From the IMG/VR virus record IMGVR_UViG_3300020498_000003: DNA of 64,000 bases; one strand, given 5' to 3'. Under the pieces are notes generated by a model. That model was not told where the DNA came from. It did not search any database and saw only the letters and a list, made by a program, of their open reading frames with translations. The DNA comes from a virus. Taxonomy: Duplodnaviria > Heunggongvirae > Uroviricota > Caudoviricetes. A program made the position numbers and the translations under genes. Positions 19,801-28,356 of the stretch are shown here, piece after piece. Positions within the stretch are counted from its first letter, which is position 1. Each line of letters begins with the position of its first letter.

Positions 19801-21510
19801 TCCTCCTTTGATTTTAGTTTCAGATATTCTGAATCCAGAAGGAACACCTCTAGATGCCCCAGCAGAGACCTGCTCAGGTGCTCCAAGTCTCAAATATCCT
19901 GCAGTATAAGTTGTGCCATTTCTTGTGAATCTAATTGGGAATACTTGCCCCTCTACATATTTCCCATCTCCAGCATTGATAACATATAGAAGTGTTAATC
20001 TAGTATCGCTAGCACCATCTTCATCTGATAGTTTTTCTAAGCGAATCTTAATCGCCAAACCACTTCCAGTTGTTCCTCCACTGATAGCAGAAGATCCCTC
20101 AAATCTAAAAATTTCTTCTACTGAATTTACACCAGAATACGAAGACCCCCAAACAGTAGATCCTAGACCACAAACAACAGGGACATCCTGTACTGCTCTT
20201 CTATAGTTTTTGGAATCTGTATTAGATTCGCCTGATGGTCTAGAAAAGAAGAAGTATTCGTTTCCTAGTACTAATCCAGAATCAGGATCGAAAATATTTG
20301 TAAATTTTATTTGACCAATGTATACCAAATCACCTGGAGGTTTATTTTGTCTCTGTACATTGATATCATAATTCTTGCCACTCTCTGGTAATACACTTCC
20401 TTTTGTGATAGAATTAACTCTTACTCGTGCATCTGGTCTATTAGTATCATCCTTTCCATTTGTTGGAGTGATCGTAAGATTTACAGTAGCTACGACTTGG
20501 TTACCACTATTCTTAATTTGTGCTGATACATTATAAACATTAGTTGTACTTGAACTATCTAATAGTCTCTCTGCTGGTCCATCAAAAGAACCGATCTCAG
20601 TATATAAAAATCTTCCAGTAGTTCCATTATCACGGGTTAGCATTTTCTGCCATGGACCTAATCCACCGAAATCGGTTTTTTTAATATCTCCAACCAGACG
20701 CATTTTAACATCAGCAAAGTTGGGTGTAGTCTCACCTAACAATCTGAATAGAATTGCATTATCTTTAGTTCCAACAGAATGAATTAGTGGATTCTCATCC
20801 TTTTCATCTGGATCTGTAAGTTTTCCATCTTCTGTAGTATACTCCACATAAGATTCATCGGGAGTTTGATCACAGTAGTATGGAGTTTTGATCGGAGTAT
20901 ATTGATATGTGTTATATGATGATCCACCACTTGAACCAGGAACAATAACCAAGGTCCAGCAAATAGCATGACATGGTAATCCAGTCAAATGCTCTTTAGT
21001 ATCCCAAAGGTATAGGAATACACTATCACTATATCCTGGCTCAAAACTTAGTTCTGATGGATAGTGATCCCAATAACGATACTTAAACGGAGTTGCATTA
21101 ATATTAGGATTATATGCTCCACCTGGTCTTGTATAAACGGGACAAAAACTTTCCCACCAAATACCTTGACCTTGTAGTGATTTGTATAACTTACCAGCAT
21201 TCGATCCTGTTGTTGCTACTGAATCAAATTGATCTTGATTTGCTGCTGTCGTTGATGATGATGTTTGACCAGTCTGAGGATTTGTTGTCGTAGTTGTTGT
21301 CAAACCACCACCAGAGAATAAACTGGTAGGTGATTCACACAAATCCTCATAGTAATACATTACACAGTCACGATCCCATGAAGGAACCGTAAGAGCACTT
21401 GTATCTCTTTTAGGATACATCTCTTTGGTTAATTGAACTCCAGTTCCAGATTGTGCTGGTCCTCTTCCACTTGGAGTAAAATCTGGACATGTGTATTGAT
21501 TACAAGTCAT
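16804..21510 (-). CDS. large virion structural protein (1568 aa; baseplate or fibre associated)
   Basis: Long ORF directly upstream of the PAAR gene. Contains VKDGGSGYSVENPPKISV, the same GSGY module found in the giant ORF. Rich in G/S/T. Confidence 0.7.
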   Translation of the reverse strand: MTCNQYTCPDFTPSGRGPAQSGTGVQLTKEMYPKRDTSALTVPSWDRDCVMYYYEDLCESPTSLFSGGGLTTTTTTNPQTGQTSSSTTAANQDQFDSVATTGSNAGKLYKSLQGQGIWWESFCPVYTRPGGAYNPNINATPFKYRYWDHYPSELSFEPGYSDSVFLYLWDTKEHLTGLPCHAICWTLVIVPGSSGGSSYNTYQYTPIKTPYYCDQTPDESYVEYTTEDGKLTDPDEKDENPLIHSVGTKDNAILFRLLGETTPNFADVKMRLVGDIKKTDFGGLGPWQKMLTRDNGTTGRFLYTEIGSFDGPAERLLDSSSTTNVYNVSAQIKNSGNQVVATVNLTITPTNGKDDTNRPDARVRVNSITKGSVLPESGKNYDINVQRQNKPPGDLVYIGQIKFTNIFDPDSGLVLGNEYFFFSRPSGESNTDSKNYRRAVQDVPVVCGLGSTVWGSSYSGVNSVEEIFRFEGSSAISGGTTGSGLAIKIRLEKLSDEDGASDTRLTLLYVINAGDGKYVEGQVFPIRFTRNGTTYTAGYLRLGAPEQVSAGASRGVPSGFRISETKIKGGVYAVSRPSGWTTWGNQYAVWCNDTQNNLSGRPLEIIHSSISLTSGTYTIEFGVDDSGSVKVYNTSTGVLIHNTNTHTGGLTTGSTKYTSTFTITQNQSVDIFVDVANNPGGSWEANPAGWAITLTKNSQIVWSTRDAQTGINVGDVYRGKSLNDTPYKSAWDGAEGITYLSPQGDAVWKVRDAIVYQDYSFPGGLKLRMKIQSIWNADTESYNTAWRIHKILSFGSGYGSTDTSRYDEDQSLWGDQEVFYLYYPSEDAPKSERIGISLMIAETTDRQVVVDLQNTSLEPGDTVHGWTIDRISTLDDEFNVRYAKISQGSNDFVKDTMYTTSGGQQIKVIAGFGIKDRAALFGKYEFTKKEIQYGTAFTSEGVPFEPDLIKPQVMGIVNNGRIVGAQILKKGYGLSNRNIEQVRLVVDPPPTEFNHTLYNQLILQGADVVDAIKRCTGSGRRAEVQPVISNGRLINVIVKDGGSGYSVENPPKISVPYIVRKKKIIAQEASTTVKSEPDNQILLSKSPAFKNFNLNQYNSDQQINYDEVVISETIPDIIDMELSRQKIRYEYPENFMDPKWSDQFNTTNRKEYKFTQDVQIQYDEEQKNAKTDAATLLRKTATTNNVGQLNVSTDINSVLTEDQRKLANTSVSVNLDTTSVPTNLPVGTSSDILTKISDLDRLERTASAKASTSQLGKDGYLDHYSTQFREFLATPVERNLPQDDDTSNNITFDNSANIIAQTDILANSVISRESPQEVANKSRTSLNRGFDQNILNQINSEYRTAIDKIPYPKTPQERKFDLDATTIRTVKGGFYKLPCSTNKIKYLIQNFCPDPREFTWINVRLGVRINPNPTNPDIGKCTKCLLDNPTYAARLTQIQSKDPGANIADAFCDVYYPLSSIFGSFLGYTPYTKSYLWGRTIYGANDDVIVENIRSWEISGNLQILHDLTQETKTFVDAVNKYGNPYDYFCNRNYGDLGEDIKFNESNVSIDEDNEVPDQLSDTSITNV

Positions 21511-21513
21511 GCA

Positions 21514-21846
21514 TCATTTAGAATGATTCTCCAAATTATTTAGTCTGCTATACAGATCATCTAAGGTTTTTCCGAGACTTAGATATTCCTCTGAATCTTG
21601 TGGACGGTATTGAAGACTACTTGGACCAATGAGTTCTGTGGTAGCAAATTTTTCTATACGCTCAAAACGCGCATTGAGTTCTTCCTGCTGTTTCACAAGC
21701 TCTACTTCAAGAGTATTGATGCGTTCAATTAATCTCTTGATGATGTTATTAATCACATCATGCGCTAGTTGATTATCAGCAAACCGAACTTCTGCAGAAT
21801 TATCCGCAAGTAGTTTGGATAATGATGTATAATTATAGTTATTCAT
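21514..21846 (-). CDS. hypothetical coiled-coil protein (110 aa)
   Basis: Heptad-like Leu/Glu-rich sequence. Stop abuts the start of the 1568-aa ORF. Confidence 0.5.
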   Translation of the reverse strand: MNNYNYTSLSKLLADNSAEVRFADNQLAHDVINNIIKRLIERINTLEVELVKQQEELNARFERIEKFATTELIGPSSLQYRPQDSEEYLSLGKTLDDLYSRLNNLENHSK

Positions 21847-21864
21847 ACTCTAAGGGTAACGGGG

Positions 21865-22038
21865 TTACGAGGTTTTTTCGACTTTTTTTAGAATGAGACT
21901 CTCACCATCTGGACCTAACTCATAATCGACTTCATCGCCTTCCATGAGATTCATTTCATCAATAATCTCCTGAGGGAATTCGATAAACAAATCGCCCTCA
22001 GGAGTCTCTTGTACTTCTATGATAAATTTTCTGGACAT
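21865..22038 (-). CDS. AbrB/MazE/SpoVT-like swapped-hairpin DNA-binding protein (57 aa)
   Basis: MSRKFIIEVQETPEGDLFIEFPQEIIDEMNLMEGDEVDYELGPDGESLILKKV matches the h-P-x-E-h-R-x-x-L-x-h-x-x-G-D-x-V-x-h-E-x-x-D-G-x-h-h-L-K-P-V pattern of AbrB/MazE domains. AGGAG RBS 9 nt upstream. Not in the track (<60 aa). Confidence 0.45.
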   Translation of the reverse strand: MSRKFIIEVQETPEGDLFIEFPQEIIDEMNLMEGDEVDYELGPDGESLILKKVEKTS

Positions 22039-22247
22039 TTAGAAACTCCTGTGATATATCGATATTCTGCAGAGAGAAATTTTGCGATTTCTTCTGCTTC
22101 TTTATATGTATCAAAATAGAGAACTTCTTTCATGTCTTCTCCTGCCTCAGTCCGACCATCTTCCCAGTACCTGTACATAGGTAAGAGTTGGGGGTCTCTA
22201 TCTGGAAATGGTGGTGAGAGAATTATGAAAAATTTATCAGATTCCAT
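22017..22247 (-). CDS. hypothetical protein (track ORF 22017..22307; internal Met at ~22247 is the likely start)
   Basis: Minus ORF overlapping the ends of its neighbours. Exact start uncertain. Confidence 0.3.
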   Translation of the reverse strand: MESDKFFIILSPPFPDRDPQLLPMYRYWEDGRTEAGEDMKEVLYFDTYKEAEEIAKFLSAEYRYITGVSKCPENLS

Positions 22248-22446
22248 CTTTGATTGTATACCCCTGTCTTTCGAGTAATTCTTTGTAGTCATCCAGTTCC
22301 AAAACATCGAATGATTCTTTATGCTTTGGACCTAAACTTGAAAATACTTTACGGGCATCCTCAGTGCTCGTTGAGTAAATCTCTGCAATCTTCATTTCAT
22401 TCGTCTCAGGATCCACATAACGGATACCATATAAGGTTGGTTGCAT
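22237..22446 (-). CDS. hypothetical protein (69 aa)
   Basis: Minus ORF preceded by a GAAGGAGAAACC RBS. Confidence 0.4.
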   Translation of the reverse strand: MQPTLYGIRYVDPETNEMKIAEIYSTSTEDARKVFSSLGPKHKESFDVLELDDYKELLERQGYTIKDGI

Positions 22447-22691
22447 AATTCGGTTTCTCCTTCAATTTTTTGGCGCGAAAATTTTTTGATCTAGGGACTC
22501 CCAAGGGGACCCATCGAAAATTATTTAGAGGGATACTTAGATGCCTTCCGTAACACTTTATAGATTACAGGGACCCATTGTTTTTATATAACGGCCGCCC
22601 GCCATCACGATATCGTTATATCATACTGCCTGTCTGCCCTAAATTATATCGAAAGGGGACAGATGACCTGCCCCCAGTATATCTAACTCAT

Positions 22692-22847
22692 CAGAAGTCG
22701 ATCATCTCCAGAGTGGGCACATTGTCGTTCTGAGTGTCATCGTTGCCATCGCTAATCGTGTCGTTGGCGATTACATCGAGAATGCTCAGAATCTCGCTGC
22801 CATTGTTACCTTGACGCAGCATGGAGATCATCACTTGCTTAGACATA
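22692..22847 (-). CDS. small acidic protein (51 aa, MSKQVMISMLRQGNNGSEILSILDVIANDTISDGNDDTQNDNVPTLEMIDF) in a GC-elevated island
   Basis: ATG..TGA ORF with ~50% GC in an AT-rich genome, followed by a GGGGaCAG/CTGcCCCC hairpin and TTT. Not in the track. Confidence 0.3.
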
Positions 22848-22947
22848 GTAGGTCGGTTCGTTGTTAGTTAGGATATTGGGTAGTTTATAGTCTTGCCCAG
22901 GACTAGTTGTTGTTTCGAGGGGGGAGAATTGATGATTCTCAGTATAG

Positions 22948-22979
22948 TTTTCCACAGATTTGAGTATAACCTGTGGAAA
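22948..22979. repeat. inverted repeat TTTCCACAG-N13-CTGTGGAAA (candidate operator)
   Basis: Perfect 9-10 bp arms seen directly in the sequence. Its partner is at ~23554..23598. Confidence 0.6.
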
Positions 22980-22984
22980 ACTTA

Positions 22985-23440
22985 TCAGGCAATACGCATA
23001 CCTGAGAAGAAAGGAATCGTGCCGTAGTCGTTAGAACTAAAGAACCATTGTCCTTTCTTTTGGAATACACCTTCCCCAGGGATTCCATGCTCGCTGAGAA
23101 TAGCATTCAAGCGAGACTTTGTGGTAGGAGTCTGCCAACCACCGTCGAACAGTTCGATATAGGTAGGACCGATCTCAGCAATCAGATTGCCGTGCAGATA
23201 AACCTGAGACTTATCATGACCAGAGAAGTACAGAACCTCGGTGTTATCGAGTTTCCAATCTTTGCCTGCAGTGATAGCAGCATTCATGAGGCGTTCGATC
23301 TTACGCATGGGAGGCGATTGAAGGGGGTTTAGAGGTGTCGGGGGTGGGGTTGTATCCCTCCCCTCCGATGCACTTAATATAGGGCATTCTGGAGGGGTCT
23401 GGGAGATGGGTGTGCCACTAAGATTTCTGGTCGGTGACAC
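22985..23440 (-). CDS. hypothetical protein (151 aa as tracked; a likely real start at the internal MRKIERL, ~23308, gives ~107 aa)
   Basis: Minus ORF flanked by the two TTTTCCACA palindromes. The N-terminal Pro-rich 44 aa overlaps GC-rich leader-like sequence. Confidence 0.45.
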   Translation of the reverse strand: MSPTRNLSGTPISQTPPECPILSASEGRDTTPPPTPLNPLQSPPMRKIERLMNAAITAGKDWKLDNTEVLYFSGHDKSQVYLHGNLIAEIGPTYIELFDGGWQTPTTKSRLNAILSEHGIPGEGVFQKKGQWFFSSNDYGTIPFFSGMRIA

Positions 23441-23553
23441 TTGACAAATGCTCTGAGTCGTGGTAGAACGGGCTTAACTTGCATCTGTTCTCTACATTTA
23501 TCTCTCAATACATTTCACGCACATATATTTTTTTGTACATTTTTAATTAACAC

Positions 23554-23598
23554 TTTTTCCACAGGTTTTTCCACAATCAGGTATAAAATTGTGGAAAA
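23554..23598. repeat. TTTTTCCACAG direct half-site plus inverted repeat TTTTTCCACAAT-N10-ATTGTGGAAAA
   Basis: 11-bp perfect inverted-repeat arms. Shares the TTTTCCACA arm with the palindrome at ~22948. Confidence 0.6.
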
Positions 23599-23779
23599 CT
23601 TCGCGGAACTCAATCATAGATCCTTTGAGACCTTTCGTAGAGACGCCTATCCAAATGATCGAGATATTCATCTGGTTTCATTACATCATCCCAATCAAGA
23701 TCATCTCGTTCAATGTAATCAGTGTTGTAGTAATCGTGATTCATCTTGTTAGTGTTAGTGTTCATGATAGTGTTATTCT

Positions 23780-24034
23780 TCAGATGTAAATGTCAGGATC
23801 AATGCTATACTCAGTGAGCAACTCTGGATAATAGTCGTTTGCCTCTTTTACGAGTTCGTTATCAGTCATCCTTTCCATATTCTCTACTAGCATATCAAAT
23901 GCGAATCGTACTAGTGTATCCATGTCCATGCTATCTACGACTAGTTCAGCATAATCAGCAATGAAAGAATCACGATCGAAGGTGTTAGTCATTTGGGAAT
24001 GTTTGATGATTTCAGTGTAAAGGTCAGTGGTCAT
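23780..24034 (-). CDS. hypothetical early protein (84 aa)
   Basis: Minus ORF. Acidic. Confidence 0.45.
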   Translation of the reverse strand: MTTDLYTEIIKHSQMTNTFDRDSFIADYAELVVDSMDMDTLVRFAFDMLVENMERMTDNELVKEANDYYPELLTEYSIDPDIYI

Positions 24035-24284
24035 TTGTGAGTCTTGTTTGTTGGTTTGTTGTTAAAAAGTATGGATCGGATTTGTTTAGTTTGTTTGCGA
24101 ACTTGATTCGTTTGGCGTTGTTCACGACTCATTTGATTTCACCTTGAAGAGTGTTACCGACGAAGATAAATGCAGATCCTATAGTATAACGAACTTGAGG
24201 AGAAATGAGGCAAAGGACAATGATCAGAACAGTGAACAGATTCATTTTGTTAGGAGATTTGCAGGTGAGTCGTTTAGTCAAAGT

Positions 24285-24539
24285 TCAGAGATCTTCCATC
24301 AGTTCAGCAAGTTCAACCAGCGAAAGATTTGCGTCACTGTAAGAAACACCATCGGGAGTTTTAGTAGCACCCCAGAGTTCTTTCATCTCTTGGGCAAACT
24401 CCAAATAGGTGCCACATGTCTTGGCAAAGTTATACAGACCTTCATCATTCTGAATCCACAGTGCAACATTCCAGGTTTCGTAATTGGCATAACCGTTGTA
24501 ACCTTTGTCGAGAATGTTGGTTTGGAAAGTAACAGTCAT
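24285..24539 (-). CDS. hypothetical early protein (84 aa; YANYETWNVALWI motif)
   Basis: Minus ORF immediately downstream of a family-A promoter and a conserved GGGGT..ACCCC leader hairpin. Confidence 0.5.
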   Translation of the reverse strand: MTVTFQTNILDKGYNGYANYETWNVALWIQNDEGLYNFAKTCGTYLEFAQEMKELWGATKTPDGVSYSDANLSLVELAELMEDL

Positions 24540-24583
24540 TTGAGGGATTTGTGTGTGGGGTCTTTCTCAACCCCGATGAACAT

Positions 24584-24640
24584 AGTATGGCAGGGATCAG
24601 GGGGAAAGTCAAGCGTTTTCGGATAAGTGTTGCTTATGGG
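24584..24640 (-). promoter_or_regulatory. early promoter, family A: TTGACT-N17-CATACT with upstream ATAAGCAAC block
   Basis: Minus-strand TTGACT at ~24607-24612 and CATACT at ~24584-24589. The conserved gttgcttat block lies on the plus strand at ~24630. Confidence 0.55.
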
Positions 24641-24677
24641 TCTGATAAGCAGCATTTATGAGTTTTTGCTTGACAAT

Positions 24678-24911
24678 TCACCCCATTTCTTCATAATCGT
24701 ATGGGGTCAAATCCTCAGGCACATATAAACAATCATCGATCACATACTCATCCATGTAATAGTCTACTGTCACACCCATTTGTTCAGCATACCATGCAAC
24801 TTTGTGATAGAGGTCTACATCAATCTCGTAGTATTCTGTTTCGATCATTACCATTTCCATGTCAATTCTTCTCGGTTTGAGTATAGACTGCGCGGAACAG
24901 TTCCGCATCAC
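24678..24911 (-). CDS. hypothetical early protein (77 aa)
   Basis: Minus ORF. Confidence 0.45.
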   Translation of the reverse strand: MMRNCSAQSILKPRRIDMEMVMIETEYYEIDVDLYHKVAWYAEQMGVTVDYYMDEYVIDDCLYVPEDLTPYDYEEMG

Positions 24912-24986
24912 GCTGAATCAAAAATGCGTTCCATCCGATCATGAAACCAAGGGCACAAATGCCTGCTGCAATATACTTACGATTCA

Positions 24987-25247
24987 TCACCAAGTACCTC
25001 GTTGAACATGAATGTTGCGAATCTCAGTGTAAATGAACTTCTTCAGTTTTGGATCTTCAGTGTTATCAAATGCAACATATAGACGATTCAGATATTCGTC
25101 TTGTGTCATACATTTGATAGTCTTGGCACTGCTAACTCCGATCTCGTTAAGTGTAGATCCTGCCTGCACTTTGTTCTTGCCGAAGTTACCTGAGACACGA
25201 CCAGTTGTTCTCAGTTTGGGTTTGATCTTTGAGAGGTTAGAGTTCAT
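24987..25247 (-). CDS. hypothetical early protein (track 24987..25301; likely start at the Met that overlaps the upstream stop as TGATG)
   Basis: TGATG stop/start coupling with 25247..25522. Confidence 0.4.
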   Translation of the reverse strand: MNSNLSKIKPKLRTTGRVSGNFGKNKVQAGSTLNEIGVSSAKTIKCMTQDEYLNRLYVAFDNTEDPKLKKFIYTEIRNIHVQRGTW

Positions 25248-25522
25248 CAGACGAGTTGAAGTGTAGGAGCAGGTTGAACATAAATGTTGGTATTCTTGCA
25301 ACCAACGCTATAACCAGAAGGAGGCAACATCGAGCGATCATCTAACACCTTCCAGGTATCTTTAGTCTCTTCGATGACAGCAAAACCAAATTGTCCTGCC
25401 ACACACATATTATCAAGACCAAACCTTTCAGCAGCACGAGCAGTAGAATGACTGCTCTTCATGTTATACCAATGGTTCGGAATGTCAGAACGACCGAAAC
25501 AAATGCAGAGGTAATTAGTCAT
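25247..25522 (-). CDS. hypothetical early protein (91 aa)
   Basis: Minus ORF. Confidence 0.45.
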   Translation of the reverse strand: MTNYLCICFGRSDIPNHWYNMKSSHSTARAAERFGLDNMCVAGQFGFAVIEETKDTWKVLDDRSMLPPSGYSVGCKNTNIYVQPAPTLQLV

Positions 25523-25543
25523 GAGTTTGTGTAAAGAATAGAA

Positions 25544-25774
25544 TCAGAAGTGTGCTTCGGACCAGTCAAGTTGTGCAGAAAACTCTGCAATCAAATTATA
25601 GCATTTGGTGCGAGTTTGCTCATCAGCACCCTGCATGAATGAGAGGCAATACTTCATCTTTTGCTCGGGATGTGCGTTGATTCGTGCAATCTCTGCTTTC
25701 TGCTTTTCACGGTAAGAATTATAAGCAAACATCTCACGATCTTCGATGCTCATGTTGTGAAACTGGCGTTGCAT
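25544..25774 (-). CDS. hypothetical early protein (76 aa)
   Basis: Minus ORF downstream of a family-B promoter and conserved leader. Confidence 0.45.
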   Translation of the reverse strand: MQRQFHNMSIEDREMFAYNSYREKQKAEIARINAHPEQKMKYCLSFMQGADEQTRTKCYNLIAEFSAQLDWSEAHF

Positions 25775-25825
25775 TTGTGTTAGTTAAGAGTGTGTGGGTT
25801 AGGGTCTCTCTCAACCCCGATGAAC

Positions 25826-25868
25826 ATACAATAGAGCATCTGCAGGATGCCCGTAGTTCGTGGTGATA
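25826..25868 (-). promoter_or_regulatory. early promoter, family B (conserved CCGTTTTGTATCACCACGAACTA block plus CTATTGTAT -10 region)
   Basis: Near-identical block again at ~26846..26888. Followed by the conserved leader GTTCATCGGGGTTGAGAGAGACCC. Confidence 0.4.
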
Positions 25869-26088
25869 CAAAACGAGCAATCCATTGATCAGTGCTGTTT
25901 ATGAGTCAAACTCTAACCCATAACTTCTCTGCATACCTTAAATTGCTCCCATTCGCTATCATCAAAGTTGTCAGATGCGTATGGGATGCCTACCATGATC
26001 GAACAATACCGATCCACATATTCAGGATTGGGTTGCATGTTTGCCTGCTTTGCTGATAGGATGGCAGCGAGAAGAAACTCTAAAGTCA

Positions 26089-26301
26089 TCAACCACCACC
26101 GTACTCATATGCTACAATACCAGCAGGATGATTCACACCTTCGATAACAGTGAACTTGCCATACTTATCGAACTCATCAGCATGATATTCGCTGAACTCT
26201 TTGATAAAGAACTCACGGCACTGTTCTTTAGACTCAGCAGCAATTACACACATTCCAGAGGTGTAATCAGACAGGACATTGTTGATGATATAGAGATTCA
26301 T
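26089..26301 (-). CDS. hypothetical early protein (70 aa)
   Basis: Minus ORF. Confidence 0.45.
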   Translation of the reverse strand: MNLYIINNVLSDYTSGMCVIAAESKEQCREFFIKEFSEYHADEFDKYGKFTVIEGVNHPAGIVAYEYGGG

Positions 26302-26304
26302 GAT

Positions 26305-26466
26305 TCAGACAGAAGGAGTAACTTCGATTTCTTTAATGTTCAACCCACAGAGTTGATTGTAGACACGATTGAGGATCAATTTGTCTGCGGTCTTTGCATT
26401 GGATTTCTCATACCAAATGGTACAACATCCATCGTTAGTCTCAACACGAACGCGATAGTTTTTCAT
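26305..26466 (-). CDS. hypothetical micro-protein (53 aa, MKNYRVRVETNDGCCTIWYEK...)
   Basis: ATG..TGA ORF that tiles between its neighbours. Not in the track. Confidence 0.3.
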   Translation of the reverse strand: MKNYRVRVETNDGCCTIWYEKSNAKTADKLILNRVYNQLCGLNIKEIEVTPSV

Positions 26467-26474
26467 GATCAGAA

Positions 26475-26648
26475 ACGAATGATAGGATGGTCTAAATCAA
26501 GAACCTCACATTCTTGAGTGGAATACACTAATTCTACACTTGCTTGATAATACTCATCAGGTTCATCTTCAGAGCAAATAGCAACATCCTGATTCAGTTG
26601 ATCTTCAGAAAGTTGTTGCAGTTGTTGCAGGAGTTCTTTATAGGTCAT
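26475..26648 (-). CDS. hypothetical acidic micro-protein (57 aa, MTYKELLQQLQQLSEDQLNQ...)
   Basis: ATG..TGA ORF that tiles between its neighbours. Not in the track. Confidence 0.3.
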
Positions 26649-26651
26649 GAT

Positions 26652-26816
26652 TCAGTAGTTAGAAACAACGGTGAAGATGATGCCAGTCTCGTTATAACGA
26701 AGAGTCACATCACAGTAATACTCTTCAGACAGATTGTATGCGAGATCGTATGCACTATCGAGATCGGTAGTAGTGTTCTCCCAGGGAGCAGAAGGACAGA
26801 GGACATCGATTCGCAT
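26652..26816 (-). CDS. hypothetical early protein (track 26652..26888; the real start is probably MRIDVL at ~26816)
   Basis: The track start would overlap the family-B promoter. Internal ATG follows an aacga x3 tandem repeat. Confidence 0.4.
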   Translation of the reverse strand: MRIDVLCPSAPWENTTTDLDSAYDLAYNLSEEYYCDVTLRYNETGIIFTVVSNY

Positions 26817-26845
26817 TCGTTTCGTTTCGTTTGGTATGCATATAG

Positions 26846-26888
26846 TATGGCACGGATCAGGTGCCCTGTCTAGTTCGTGGTGATACAA
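26846..26888 (-). promoter_or_regulatory. early promoter, family B (second copy)
   Basis: tgccatactatatgc plus ctagttcgtggtgatacaaaacgg, conserved with ~25826..25868. Confidence 0.4.
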
Positions 26889-27095
26889 AACGGAAAATTG
26901 GTTGAGTCTCCTGAGACTGGGGTGAGATCTGAAATGCTGCTGCTGATAGGATGCCTCTCAGTCTCGGGTGCGTCTTGCCTGAGATCCCTTGCCACCACTG
27001 GGGTCAAAACCCGAAAAATTGACGATTCTGGGGTGGGGGTGCTAGTGTGCGTCCCCCACAATCCCAGAGCAGAAAAAATCGAAAGTATAAAGAAC

Positions 27096-28328
27096 TCACC
27101 GAGTCATGGTGGAAATAGCAGGGAGACCTTGCACGAAGATGGTATCGACAACACCCTGCAATCGCTTGGCAATAGCACTACCGTAGTTGGTGAACACTGG
27201 CACAACTACACTACCAAACTGCTTGCGATACAGATGACATGCACCAGCAGGAATCTTGCCAGTAGCAATATCCTTGGCATCATCTTTGTCCATACGGATA
27301 ACACGACCGACTGTTTGTGCCATCTCGATGATAGGCATCTGACGCAACATGATGCAGGTAGTCAGACCAGGAACATTGATACCTTCGGACAGGATGCTAT
27401 AGTGAAGCAGCACAAATTTCTTGCTAGGATCTTTGCCCCACTCGGTCAGAGTGTCAAAGAACTTCTCACGATTGACCTTTGTACGATTAACATAAGCACC
27501 GTGCTTAGAAGTGATGTGAAGGATGCCAAATCCACGCTCTTCGAGTTCCCGAAGAATGTCAGAGTTAGTGAGCATATTCCACATAACTTTGGTGCTGGGA
27601 GCAGCAACGAGCACCTTAGGATTGTCCTGCTCCAGACTATCGAGAATGTCCACAATCATGTTGCGGTCTGCCTCAGCAGCAGTACGCTTATCGCGGGTGA
27701 TGTCTACTTTGTAGGTCGAAACTTGCGGAGGAATGATGCAACCACCGTCGATCAGTTCTTGAGCACGAACAGTCTCAATGATCTTGCCGTAGATACCAAC
27801 ATTGTTCATTCCGTTGGCATTAGGATTTGCGTGATGCTTGGGAGTAGCAGTAAAGAAATACTTGCTATCTGCGGTCATCGAAGTAGCAGCAACCGCAATG
27901 AAGTGCTTTTTCTGAGTGGAATTGTGTGCCTCGTCGAAGTATGCCACATCGACATTCACACCAGCATCAACAACACGACCGAGAGAATGATAGGTGGTGA
28001 AGATGATACGATTAGTGTCCGCATGTTGCACAACCCAATCCGCAATCTTTTCGGAGTTGGTAGTCTTAGTGTGATGAGTTTCACCACTGTGAACATGCAA
28101 CACATTGGCACTGGTGATAAACTCCAGAAACTCTGCGGAGAGTTGCTCTGCCAGAAGGATTCGGGGTGCTACAACAACAGCAACCTGACCAGGATTCTGC
28201 ACAAATCGTTGCAGCAGATTCATGATCATGATAAGAGTTTTGCCACCACCAGTAGGCACAATGATCTGACCAATATCGTGCTGATTCATTGCATCAAGAG
28301 CACGGGATTGGTGGGGACGCAGTTGCAT
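27096..28328 (-). CDS. SF2 DEAD/DEAH-box helicase (UvsW-like / type III restriction res-like), ~410 aa
   Basis: Q-motif LRPHQ, Walker A VPTGGGKT, DEAH box FDEAH, motif III TATP, motif VI QTVGRVIR. The likely start is the internal ATG at 28328 (track start 28385 is a TTG inside the promoter). Confidence 0.8.
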   Translation of the reverse strand: MQLRPHQSRALDAMNQHDIGQIIVPTGGGKTLIMIMNLLQRFVQNPGQVAVVVAPRILLAEQLSAEFLEFITSANVLHVHSGETHHTKTTNSEKIADWVVQHADTNRIIFTTYHSLGRVVDAGVNVDVAYFDEAHNSTQKKHFIAVAATSMTADSKYFFTATPKHHANPNANGMNNVGIYGKIIETVRAQELIDGGCIIPPQVSTYKVDITRDKRTAAEADRNMIVDILDSLEQDNPKVLVAAPSTKVMWNMLTNSDILRELEERGFGILHITSKHGAYVNRTKVNREKFFDTLTEWGKDPSKKFVLLHYSILSEGINVPGLTTCIMLRQMPIIEMAQTVGRVIRMDKDDAKDIATGKIPAGACHLYRKQFGSVVVPVFTNYGSAIAKRLQGVVDTIFVQGLPAISTMTR

Positions 28329-28356
28329 AACGAAGTGATTTGCTTGGTATGTGAAT

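Noticed and set aside
24144-24626. 160-aa plus-strand ORF
   Set aside because: It is antisense to the 84-aa early gene and to its promoter and leader. No coding signal.
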